From Fistulifera solaris (taxonomy: Eukaryota): DNA of 64,000 nucleotides. Shown piece by piece: positions 1 to 11,000 of this stretch. Location of the stretch: the NCBI GenBank assembly GCA_030295235.1, contig AP026138.1:62001-126000 (forward strand), given 5' to 3'. Each line of letters opens with the position of its first letter. Within the stretch, counting starts at the first letter, position 1. A model generated the notes under the pieces. That model saw nothing but the letters and a program-made list of their open reading frames with translations. It did no database searches and was not told the origin of the DNA. The translations under genes were made by a program, and so were the position numbers.

Positions 1-1127
1 CGTCTCCTCGAGCTCATCAGCGCAGTAGCAGTTTTACACGTCATACTCCATCGGTCGGTTCCGACTCGTCCATTTCGGAACTCTTGGCACAAGCGAAAAG
101 CCACACCAGTCGCCACCAGCGCTCGGGCAATTCGGTCAACTCGGCTCCGGCCATGACGGCCGCTCAGATTCGCGCTCATCACGGTATCCAGCCCCGTACG
201 AACGATGGTACGTCGGTTTCCGACATCATCAAAAGTTTGGAAGCCGACAATGCAAGTCGTATGCGACAATCGGGTAGCAAACGTCATTCGGACGCGTACT
301 CGACGCTGAGTCGTGATGCATCGGTGCGTTCTGCCAAGGAGCGGTTGCGTCGACGACGGGAAAATGAACGTCGGCGCACTAGTCATCCGGATGATGCTTC
401 GACCGAATCGGACGAAGATGCCGAGTCGTGGTTGATGGATGAAGTGACGGGCGCCTTGGGACCGAGAGGCATCGCTGCCGATTTGGAATCGTTAAGCGGT
501 CGATCGCACAAATCTCACCGGAGTCATCATTCCCGAAAATCACGACCCTCCACCCGACGCCGCAACCCCAACAGTGGAGAATCGGTGGACAGTCACGGCA
601 GTAAACGCAGTTCGGGTAGTCGTCGCAGTCGTTATTCGCATCGTTCGACGAAATCGTACATGTCCCAAATGTCCGAACAAAGCCGCAGCGTTGCCAACGA
701 CTTGTTGCGTCTTGAAATGCAACTGGCCATGGTGAATCCCAGCAGTGTCTTGAATCCTGATTCGACCCGCTCTGCTCGCAGCCGCCGTAGCAGTAGTGGC
801 AGCACCGCACCCCGCCGCACTCGTATCAGTGTGGTGGCTCCCCCCGGTAAATTGGGTATCATATTGGCCAACAAAGCCGATTCTCGGGGTACTGTCGTGT
901 CCGGCGTCCGCACCAGCAGTGTATTGGCTGATCGTATCAGTCCCGGTGACCGTATTGTCGCCATCGATGGGGAAGACGTGAGTCTCATGACCGTCTCGGA
1001 AATAACGACAATTATGGCCCGCAAGAGTGAGTATGATCGGACCTTGACGGTGCTCACGACACCGAAACCGACGTCGCCCGAATCATCATCGGCCGCTTCG
1101 CCACGGGACAATCGTTCACGTGGATGA
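1..1127 (+). CDS. Ser/Arg-rich protein with C-terminal PDZ domain (5' partial)
   Basis: Frame is open from the window edge. C-terminus VVAPPGKLGIILAN...VVSGVRTSSVLADRISPGDRIVAIDGEDVS is a PDZ signature. Confidence 0.8.
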   Translation, partial: SPRAHQRSSSFTRHTPSVGSDSSISELLAQAKSHTSRHQRSGNSVNSAPAMTAAQIRAHHGIQPRTNDGTSVSDIIKSLEADNASRMRQSGSKRHSDAYSTLSRDASVRSAKERLRRRRENERRRTSHPDDASTESDEDAESWLMDEVTGALGPRGIAADLESLSGRSHKSHRSHHSRKSRPSTRRRNPNSGESVDSHGSKRSSGSRRSRYSHRSTKSYMSQMSEQSRSVANDLLRLEMQLAMVNPSSVLNPDSTRSARSRRSSSGSTAPRRTRISVVAPPGKLGIILANKADSRGTVVSGVRTSSVLADRISPGDRIVAIDGEDVSLMTVSEITTIMARKSEYDRTLTVLTTPKPTSPESSSAASPRDNRSRG

Positions 1128-1283
1128 AATGTTATCGAGAACAATCAAAGTAAAAAGAAAGAAATAAAGCAAGCAAGTTATGATAATAACGAATAAGCAA
1201 AGAATTTGTCCTATCTTCGTGACTTTGTGACATATCAGTTCAGGAATTCCGTCTGACTCAAAATACAGTAAGAAAAGCCGAAT

Positions 1284-1777
1284 TTTACTATAGTCCACAG
1301 TGTTGGCCGTATGTCGCCACGACTGCAAGTCAGTCATGAGTCTAATTTCTCTCGAGCAAAACTTCTGCCTACAGTTCGTTCATTCGTCAAAACGTCTTGA
1401 GCCACACTTATCGTTGTTGCGAGGAGATAGTCGTTAGCAGCATTTGCATTACATTCTTTTTATTTAACGTCGAAAAGCCAGCGGAACGCTGTCTTCCGTA
1501 TTTACTATGGACCAAAGTGTTGGTTTTACGAGACCACGATTGCATTTCAGTCATGAGTCAAATTTCTCTCGAGCAAAACTTCTGCCTACAGTTCGTTCAT
1601 TCGTCAAAACGTCTTGAGCCTCGATCGTAGTTACTGCAATGAAATAGTCGTTAGCAGCATTTGCATTACATTCTTTTTATTTTACGTCGAAAAGCCAGCG
1701 GAACGCTGTCTTCCGTATTTACTATCGACCAAAGTGTTGGTTTTACGAGACCACGATTGCGTTTCTGTCATGAGTCA
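1284..1777. repeat. 217 bp tandem duplication, ~2.3 copies
   Basis: Unit TTTACTAT...CACGA(C/T)TGC...GTCATGAGTC begins at 1284, 1501 and 1718. The two full periods are near-identical. Confidence 0.95.
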
Positions 1778-2171
1778 TGAATCGATACTATGGTGTTTAT
1801 CCCTTGACCGAGCCAGATAGTCATTTCATCAACATTTTTCTTCTTTTAGCAATATTTACTATTAAGATGATTGACCTGTTCTACAACATTCAATGTTACA
1901 GCCAACACTTTTTCCGCCTCCTGAAAGGCGCTCTAGCTTAACAACCCATCGCAGACAACACATTATGCTATAGTCCGTCCCTCCGTCGACCCGGTTCTCG
2001 TCTGTCAGTGATCCGATTAACCGCCATCATCACCGTCAAACAACAAAACGCAAAGAAAAAACCCATCAACGCAAAATAACGAAAGAAACACATCAGAAAA
2101 AAGCCCAACAACTGCATTCCTTCCTATTATCATTCGTTCCTTGTCATCTAAGTATCAGCATTCGTTTTTAT

Positions 2172-4151
2172 ATGAGGATATTTCAGGTTTCGCCCCTGTG
2201 CTGGTGGATCATGTGCTGTTTCAGCGCAGTCAGGATATCGGCCTTTACGATGACGAAGCCTTCCTTTGTTCCTTCTCCACTAAAACAGCATACTATACAA
2301 TCGCCGCGTCTGGCCTTTTTTCCTGCTATACAGTTACAAATGGCGGCGGATCCTTTGGAAGATGAAGAAGAACAAGATGTTCCGGATGATTGGAATGGTG
2401 AAGACGATATCTTGTTGTCGTTGGACGGTCTGGAAGATATCAGTGATATTGTGCTCGAAGAAGACGATGATGTCGTAGTCGAGGAAGAGGAGGATGAAAC
2501 CGTGAAACGATCGGACGACGAAGAAGACGAAGACGAGGATGAATTGGAATTAGTATTGGAAGAAGAAGATGAGGACGAGGAAGAAAAGGAAATTGTCGAA
2601 GAATACGCGGTCGATGAATGGGAGGAAGACGAGGAAGAATATGTTGAAATTTCGGCAGGATCGGCCGATTGGGACGACGATGACGATGATGATAGCAGTA
2701 TGGAATGGGATGAAGATCCGGAGGATCCCCAATTTGCGGCACAAAAAGCGTTGGTGGACCAAGCCATTGCCGCTTCCATCCAACGGGCACAAGATGAATC
2801 CTTTGAACCCATCGAATTCATCGTAGACGAGAATCAATTGACACCGGAACAGGAAGCAGTGTTGGAACAGTCGCCTCTACAAAAGCAAATTGAAGCCATG
2901 ATGAAAAATATGGAATTAACCGAACAAGATGTACAAGAGATTGGCGATTTGGAGGAAGCCATGGCGGCAACGCCCGATCTCATGCGCGATGATCCGTATC
3001 CGACCGAAGCGTCTCCCGACTATGTCCGCCCACCCGGTGTCACGGACGACTTATTGAGAGAGTACGATGCCACGTACAAACGAATGGAACAAGTAGTTGA
3101 CGAAGAACCATGGGATAAGGTAGTATTACGGGAATGGCAAGGCTACGAAGGTCTATCGAATGAAACCCTGTCGGAAATGGAGGATTGTTTGGAAGAAATG
3201 GGTGGGAGTGCGTACAATGTCACTCGCTGGTTGCTGTACGACCTCCAATTCAACGTCTCCAACTTGATTTTGGCGGCCGTCAAACACAATCGCGAAGCCC
3301 CGGTATTGTTTCAACACTGGTACCCGCAGTTGGTCACCTACAAACGGTATCAACACGCCCGCGACCGCAATTTCGATTTCAATTGGGACGATGTGGAACA
3401 AGCGGATTTGGGTGAATTAGAGCGCTATTACCAGGGATTCGGATATGACGAAATTCCGACCAAGGCGCCCGCTGAGACGGGAATTATCAGTTTGGAAGAC
3501 TTGGACGAAGAAGAAATCAAAATGGCCGCCTTTGAAAGTTGGATGACGGATGTTTACAATCCCGAACACGATCGCAAAGACTTTGATGATGATGACTTTC
3601 AAGACGAGGACAATGTGTTTTCCGAGTTTTATGAAGCACCCCAGCATCCCGATTTACCCACGATGGAGGAAGCCATGGAAGATTTGGAAGTGTGGAAAGA
3701 GCAATTGGGTGAAGACGCCGACGATCCGGCCATGGCGGCGTACCGCGACCGTATGGGTCAAAGTTTCAAGTACAAGGTCGTCCGCGATGAAGAATTCGAA
3801 CGCGAATTCCGTGGACACCTGATCATTGCCTGTACTGCTGCGGAAGCCGACCTCGATGTGGCCGAACAAATTACGCTCCGCTTTGAGAAAGAGTTCGGCA
3901 AACAAGTTTTTGTGGAGACACGCGTGTTGGCCTTGGCTCGTGAAGAAGACAATGTGTACGAGATTTGGCTGGAGAGTTACGACATTGAATTATTACACTC
4001 GAAAAAGCGGGCTCTTTCCAATTTCAAAGACTGGACCGGTCCCGCCGATGTGGATGCCGCCCAAATTGACTTTTTGGTAGACCGAGTCCGTTATCTGATC
4101 AGTGACGATTCACGGTATAGTTACCGGATGGAAATGGAATATGCGGAATAA
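2172..4151 (+). CDS. Highly acidic protein of unknown function, probably plastid-targeted
   Basis: 659 aa ORF. Hydrophobic N-terminus ends in ISAF, followed by a transit-like segment, a long D/E tract and a globular C-terminal region. Confidence 0.75.
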   Translation: MRIFQVSPLCWWIMCCFSAVRISAFTMTKPSFVPSPLKQHTIQSPRLAFFPAIQLQMAADPLEDEEEQDVPDDWNGEDDILLSLDGLEDISDIVLEEDDDVVVEEEEDETVKRSDDEEDEDEDELELVLEEEDEDEEEKEIVEEYAVDEWEEDEEEYVEISAGSADWDDDDDDDSSMEWDEDPEDPQFAAQKALVDQAIAASIQRAQDESFEPIEFIVDENQLTPEQEAVLEQSPLQKQIEAMMKNMELTEQDVQEIGDLEEAMAATPDLMRDDPYPTEASPDYVRPPGVTDDLLREYDATYKRMEQVVDEEPWDKVVLREWQGYEGLSNETLSEMEDCLEEMGGSAYNVTRWLLYDLQFNVSNLILAAVKHNREAPVLFQHWYPQLVTYKRYQHARDRNFDFNWDDVEQADLGELERYYQGFGYDEIPTKAPAETGIISLEDLDEEEIKMAAFESWMTDVYNPEHDRKDFDDDDFQDEDNVFSEFYEAPQHPDLPTMEEAMEDLEVWKEQLGEDADDPAMAAYRDRMGQSFKYKVVRDEEFEREFRGHLIIACTAAEADLDVAEQITLRFEKEFGKQVFVETRVLALAREEDNVYEIWLESYDIELLHSKKRALSNFKDWTGPADVDAAQIDFLVDRVRYLISDDSRYSYRMEMEYAE

Positions 4152-4662
4152 AATGATTATAATCAATTTGAATGGAAGAAATATGCTTATTCTTAGACTT
4201 TACAAACTGCACTTCGTAAGGCGTAACCTTAGCGAAGGCCTTATTTTCTCTGTACCGGTCCGACTTTATTTACTTAGACAATTTGAGGTGCACGTGTTTC
4301 GTCATTGGCCTATGGCCTTTCGCGGGTGAGGAGTGTGGCAACAAAAGTACAAGCGCAACACCCGACCCCCTGCAAACGCCGCGTGTTCCTTCGTCTTTTT
4401 GTTCGAAAAAGGAACAAAAGGTAGCGCGTTCGTCTTGCTGTCACAATGGCGGAAGCGTAATGTTGCAGAGAAGAAAGGAACATAATAAAACGACGGAGAA
4501 TTGATTTCACTTGCAATTTCGTAGTAATTGAAAGTAATCGATTGATAGCCAGAAAAAGAAGTCAAGTCAGCGAAAAGGAGCAAGTGATTCCTGTAAAGAA
4601 AAAGAGAGACTATTTTCGGGAGAGCGCACTACATACATTCCCCGAAAACTCGTTCTTCTGTC

Positions 4663-6065
4663 ATGCGTGTCCTTCTTCGTCAGCCAAGAAATAATAATAG
4701 TGACGAAGAAGAAGTATACGATAGTGTTTCAGTCAGCGAAGCCGAGCAACCACAGCAGCAAGAAGAAGTCAAGTCGACACGGCCCTCCAGTCCTTTCTTA
4801 AAAGAGCCTTCTTCACCGAAAGACTTCGCAGAGTCACCAACGTCCAAGAAACGCCCACGATCGCCTCTTGATTCGAAACCTGCAGCAATCATGGTCGATG
4901 GCGGTCGTCGTCGACGATGGGACGACGAAGAACTCGTTGAAAATCAACCTCCTCTTTTCGTACGCATAATTCAAGAAGAACCCACCGCTCATCGTCGGGA
5001 GACAAAACCTTCCGAACGAGCCTTTCAAGAACAACTTAAGAAGGAACGCGGCTTGGAAATTGTCGAACAAGCGGGAGACGGGAATTGTTTGTTTCGTGCG
5101 GTCAGTTGGCAAGTCTACGGGGATGCTTCCATGCACGCCGAAATTCGAGAACGCTGTATGGATTTCATGGCCCGGGATCCCGAACATTTTGCGCCCTTTG
5201 TGGACGGAGATTTTGCTGCCTATGTAAAACGCAAACGGCGTTTGGGGGTGCACGGTAACAATCCCGAAATACAAGCCATGAGTGAATTGTTCAATCGACC
5301 CTTTGAAGTGTTTACGCCCGATCGCGGTATCGAGCCTCTCAATATCTTCCAATCCAATTACAAGACAAAGGATGTACCCATTCGTTTGTCGTATCATGAT
5401 GGGAATCATTACAATGCGGTGATAGATCCCCTAATGCCGACGGCCGGTTTGGGATTGGGGTTGCCCGGTTTACAACCCGGTTTGGCGGATCAATTGCAGC
5501 TGGCCAAGGCGGTGGTCGAATCGGATCAGTTGGCGGATGAAATTGATTTACAAAAAGTCCTGGAAGTCTCTCGAGACGATGAGTTACAGCGTGCTCTCAA
5601 AGAAAGCAGTGCATTGGCGGTGGAGAAGGTTCGTCATTTTGATACATTTTTTTCGTCCGAAAGTCGCTCACATACAAACGCTATTCCTCTTTTTTTCCTT
5701 AGATGTACGATCCGGCGGATTATATAACAGAGGGAACGGGCGACGACGACTTTGATCTAGAGCAAAAGGTTTTATTGCAGTCACTCGAAGAATATCGTCG
5801 TCAAGAGGAAGGTCAAAAACAACGAGCGAAATCGTCGAGCCCCGTGGCTGCAGCGCGGTTGCCGGAGGTCGCCGGCACGGCTTCGTTGGCAGCCTCTGCC
5901 GTAGGAGTGGCGTCTCTTCCCACGACACGGCCCATGGATGAATATCCTGCGATAGTACAAGAGCTCGTCATGAATGGATTTGAATTACGGAAAGTGGTGC
6001 ATGCCTACGAACTGATCGGTGATGATTTTAATGACTTGTTGGCCTTTTTGATGTCAAATTGTTAG
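4663..6065 (+). CDS. OTU-domain deubiquitinase (OTUD5-like) with UIM and C-terminal UBA-like domain; intron 5629-5702
   Basis: Catalytic GDGNCLFRAVS and SYHDGNHYNAV motifs, and UIM-like DDELQRALKES. A phase-0 GT..AG intron joins ORF 4663 to ORF 5703 in frame. Confidence 0.9.
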
Positions 6066-6089
6066 CTACGAACTAAGTGATGACTTAGC

Positions 6090-7569
6090 TTAATAATGTT
6101 TAGAAGAGTTGCATAAAGGTAGTTTAGGTAGTCTATAGTTTTCCTGTTTTCTTTTCCGGGCGCAATTGGCATGCGGTTCGGGCAAGCCTTTCACTTTTTC
6201 AATGTGATCTGTTTTGGTGTAACGATAATTGTGATCGCCCTTGCCCATATAATAGCGTGATGTGAGGACATCAGTCGAATAGGAGCTACTTCGGACACCA
6301 ATAAACACATCGGCATTCAATGCTAAATCAAAATTGACCACCGAATGGAGCAACGATCCGTGGTCGACTATGTCCGGATGAGCTTCGTAATACTCTTGCA
6401 CCAGACGCTCTCCGCATTCCAAGACTTGTACCTGCCGCGAACCGACCCTCCATCCCTCACGAACAAGACGATTCAATGTTTTTAAATTGTGTTGCGCATG
6501 CGCTTGGCGTTCGGAAGACTGCTTGGGTGCCATCATTCCCGCCCGTGACACGGCAATGACCAAACCAGTCACCTGTGAATAGTTGGTTTCCAACACCGTC
6601 GCGACTTGCTGCAAGATTTGGGTCAAATTGCGTTCCATATCAATCCCACAGACGTGCGCCATCATGTCCATTTCCAAGCGGGCATGCAAGACAGCATAAT
6701 GGGGTGTAGGAACACATTGCTGTGCGACCGCACGCCATTGCGGTGCCGGACGGAGGGCTCGATACACCCATTCATCGATCTGCGACAATTCCTTTCTAAG
6801 CGTGCTTTTTCTTTTCGTATACTCCAAGTAATCATTCCACAATCGTCCTGCTTGAATGCCACCGCCGTACACGACAGGATGCTGACAATGCTGAACCAGT
6901 GGTAAGAAGTCTTGTTTGCGTGGATTGAATTCTTTGAGTTGTTGTGTGGCAATATTTTTGAGGGGGATGCAAATACCCCCGTTCGAGTGCGGCTTGTTGC
7001 AACGGGTTCAAGGTTATGTTAACGATCGTTCGCGGCATTTCCCAACAATCGGAATTGTGCAAAGGTTCCGATATCAAAAGAGGCAACTGCGGATGAAATT
7101 GATTCCAAAATTCAACATCAAAGACCCATTCCATCGGTATCGGATACCATTTGGATACATTATTTGTTGAAGTGACAATTTGCGTCGACCAGAGAATCGA
7201 AGGTAAAAAGATTTGTTCCAGTTCATGCTGTTTCGCATACAAAACAAAAGCCATCCACCGTAACACTTGATTGCGATAGCCACCCAACAAGCCCGGTGGA
7301 GACAAGAGAGCTAATGTGGAATTGGGAGATTGCTGAATCGGGTGTTTCGCCTCACGAAGGAAATAAGAAAGCACATGATTGCTGCTGGAAGATAAAGTGA
7401 CGTCGAGACGATGCATCGCGAGCAGAAGACATAGTAGATAACCCGCAAAAAGGAGCAAAACGACAACATATTTTCTCCGAAAACGACAGCTCGAGAAGCG
7501 TCTTTGCGGCAACCAGCGACCGTGCTCAAGTTGTATTTGCTGCTCGTGTCGCTTCCGTACAGGACTCAT
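6090..7569 (-). CDS. GDP-fucose O-fucosyltransferase family (O-FucT/POFUT-like, GT-B fold), type II membrane protein; frameshifted near 6870-6960
   Basis: N-terminal TM (YVVVLLLFAGYLLCLLLAM). GGYRNQ, YAVLHARLEMDM and ADVFIGVRSSSYS match the fucosyltransferase motifs (GxxNQ, HxRxE, FIGxxxSTFS). Confidence 0.75.
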
Positions 7570-8022
7570 GCGTACATAGATTGGAGTATGACCATGAACG
7601 GATAAGTCGAAAAGGATCTATCTATTTGTTGACCGATTCTAGAGCAAGGTAGTCTATCATCAATATTGTCATTCATTTTTCATGTCAAAACTTCCATTGC
7701 AATTTGGTACTATACATCAAAGTGTATATTACCTTTCGTCAAGACTGGATTTCAGTCATGAACTAATCTTCTATTATTTGCCGTTTATTACTTCGCAAAA
7801 GCCATTATGCTTTGTTTGCTATAGATATTTGCGTTGTAATTCGTAAACAAACAATGATTATATACAATACATTTAGCGGTGTATTTTATAAGTACATGAA
7901 GGAAACGTATGACTCGCGCGTCGGCGATGATTCATAAGAAAAGGAAGACGAGTGAAAAATTTTGATGAGAATGTATAATAGCACTATCTCATGGATTCTG
8001 GCCGCTCGCACACAGCCAATCT

Positions 8023-11000
8023 TTACGCGAACACGTCCGGCCATTCCTCAGAAAACTCGCTGTAGCCCCAAGACTCGACATCATCCCAATTGACGATTTG
8101 CATGGACAAAGGCACGACAGCTTGCTTCGCCAGGCCGGGAGGACTCAAGACACTGCGAAGTAACTGCTTATTGTACGGTTGGTGAAGCAGATTGGTTTGA
8201 ATCCTTTGCACGACATCGAAATGGTTCTGCTCATCGCTCAAATCTCGGTCGTACTCAAACTCTTCGTACGGAATGGAATGCAGGGCAAAATAGTTTCGAG
8301 CTTGTTTGTAGTAGCGGGTCGTCTTTTCAATGAACTCCTCTAGTTCCGACCGATCAATCTCGATGGCATCCTCTTCTGTGGTTCCAACGTTCGTCCACTT
8401 CTTCCTTGCCTTGGCAATCTGGAATGAAACGAAGATTTCTAGCATGTTCCGCCTCCAAAGAACCACATACTCTGTCTCCATGTCGGAAAACAAAGACATG
8501 AACCGCTGTATAGTGGTATTCATCAGCCGTGTAATCTGATCGGGGAAAACCTTCAGGACGAAGTACGCCTGTGGAAGATGCGACGGAATGCGATGAATGA
8601 AATCGAGCACTGCCGCCGGATTTTCAAGTCGCTCCGAAATCACTTTTGAAGCTCTTCGATCACCTTGCGTTGAGAAGAGTTTTGGCCTAACTCTGCAAAT
8701 GCTGTCACAAAGATCTCATCAGGCGACGCGAATTTCCGTGCAGAGAGAGGGCGGTCCGCATCCCAACCACAGCCACGCTGGATCTGGTCGATAATGCGAC
8801 AGAGGACTCGTGCAATGAGCGACATGTCGTCTCCGAAAAACTCGTACATGTTTAACACATCGACCTTTGACTCTTGTCTTGTTGCAAGGTTCTTGATGAA
8901 AGCAAAGAACAGGTTTGATCCTGTGCGGGCATTGGCAACCATTAGGATCGGTTGATGACGTCGTGCACCAGTGCTCGAGGGTTCGCAAATGAAATTGGAT
9001 CGGTCTTGTTTTTGACGAAAGAACGTATCGTTTTTGAAGTGTGTTCGGCAACGTTTTTTCCAATACAAGTTCTTGTTGCAATTGGTCGTTTGATGCATTA
9101 CTGATAACTAGCGACTCACCGCCTGTTGGCACCGCCAAAATATCTGGCCATTCCTCGGAAACTTCGCTGTAGCCCCAAGATTCGACATCGTTCCAGTTGA
9201 CAATCTGTTTTGAAAGCGGCACAGCAGCTTGCTTGACTAGACCTGGTGGATCAAGTACGCCACGAAGTAGCTCCTCATTGTAAGGCTGACCCAGAAGGCT
9301 CGTTTGGATTCGCTGCACGACGTCGAAATGGTGAGCACTGTCGCTCAGATCTCGGTCGTACTCAAACTCTTCGAAAGCCATCGACTTCGAAGCGAAATAG
9401 TTACGAGCTCGCACGTAGAATAGCGCCGTCTTTTGGATGAACTTCTCCAGCTCCGAGCGATCCACTTCAATGGCATCATCTTCTGTCGTTCCTACGTTAG
9501 TCCACTTTTTCATCTGTTTGGCGATCTGGAACGACACGAAAATCTCCAGCATGTTGCGACGCCACAGAATGACGTACTTGGTCTTCATCTCGGAGAATAA
9601 TGCAATGAATTGTTCGATGGTAGTGTTCATGAGCCGGTTGACTTGATCGGGGAATACCTTCAACACAAAGTACGCTTGTGGAAGATTTGACGGAATGCGA
9701 TGAATGAAATCTAGCACACCAGCCGGATTCTCAAGTCGCTGCGATACCACGTCTTGAAGCTTCTTAATTACTCGAAGATGCGAAGGATTACCACCAAACT
9801 CAGAGAGTGCCGTTGCAAAGACTTCTTCGGGCGAAGAGAATTTGCGGTCTGCATAAGGTTTTTGTATACTCCAACCGCAACCACGTTGTAACTGGTCGAT
9901 AATGCGACAAAGAACACGCGATACCAGAGCCAAATCGTCGCCAAAGAACTCATAAAGGTTGAGGACGTTGACCGAATCTTCCTGTTTGGATGATAGATTC
10001 TTGATGAAGGCAAAGAAAAGGTTCGATCCTGTGCGAGCGTTCGCGACAATCAAAATTGGCTGGTGAGGCTTTGCGTTTTCGAGAGAAGTCCCGCAAACGA
10101 AATCAAAACTGTTGTCACGGAAGTCTGCCTTGCCGATGGGGCGAATTTCGTTCACAGCAGCAGTATCAGTCTTGCTCGTCGATACGGTAGACACCGCCAC
10201 CGCGCTATTTTCTGTGCCTGGAAGCTCTTGATGAGCAGGAAGTGCTAGAATGTTTGGCCAGTCATCCGAAACGTCGCTGTAGCCCCAGGACTTGACATCC
10301 TTCCAATTGACGATCTGTCGCGATAGTGGTACAACAGCCTGCTTAGCAAGTCCGGGTGCGTCTAAAACGCTTCGTGATAACTCTTCATCGTACGGCTGGT
10401 GGAGTAGTTCTGTTTGGATCCGTTGCACGACATCGAGATGGCGAGAGCTGTCGCTCAAGTCACGATCATACTCGAATTCCACATACGTGATCGAAGTACA
10501 ATCAAAAAAGTCTCGCGCTTCAAGGTAGAACTGAGTGGTCCTTCGAACGAACTGCTCGAGCGTCGAGCGATCCACTTCAATCGCATCGTTTTCGGTTGTT
10601 CCAACATGCGTCCACTTGTTCCTTTGCTTGGCAATCTGGAACGACACGAAAATCTCCAGCATGTTGCGGCGCCACAGAATGACGTACTGGGTCTTCATGT
10701 CGGAAAATAGAGCAGCGAACTTTTGGATGGTAGTGTTCATGAGCCGGTTGACTTGATCGGGGAATACCTTCAACACAAAGTACGCTTGCGGTAGATGGGA
10801 AGGAATACGATGAATGAAATCGAGAACGGCCGCCGGATTTTTCAATCGCTGTGATATTGCGCGCTGCAATTCGTCGATCACTTGTCGTCGGGAAGGATTG
10901 GCACCAAACTCCGAGAGTGCGGCTTGGAACACTTCATCGGGTGATGCAAACTTTCGATCATAGTAAACGTTTTGCATTTCCCAACCGCATCCTTTTGAAT

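Noticed and set aside
1284..1777. CRISPR-like array (palindromic repeat with regular spacing)
   Set aside because: The intervening sequences are near-identical and about 190 bp long, there are no cas genes, and the context is eukaryotic.
2183..2837. Antisense Ser-rich ORFs, also those opposite 24.3 kb, 26.5 kb and 28.8 kb
   Set aside because: They are shadows of GAA/GAT-rich acidic coding sequence on the other strand.
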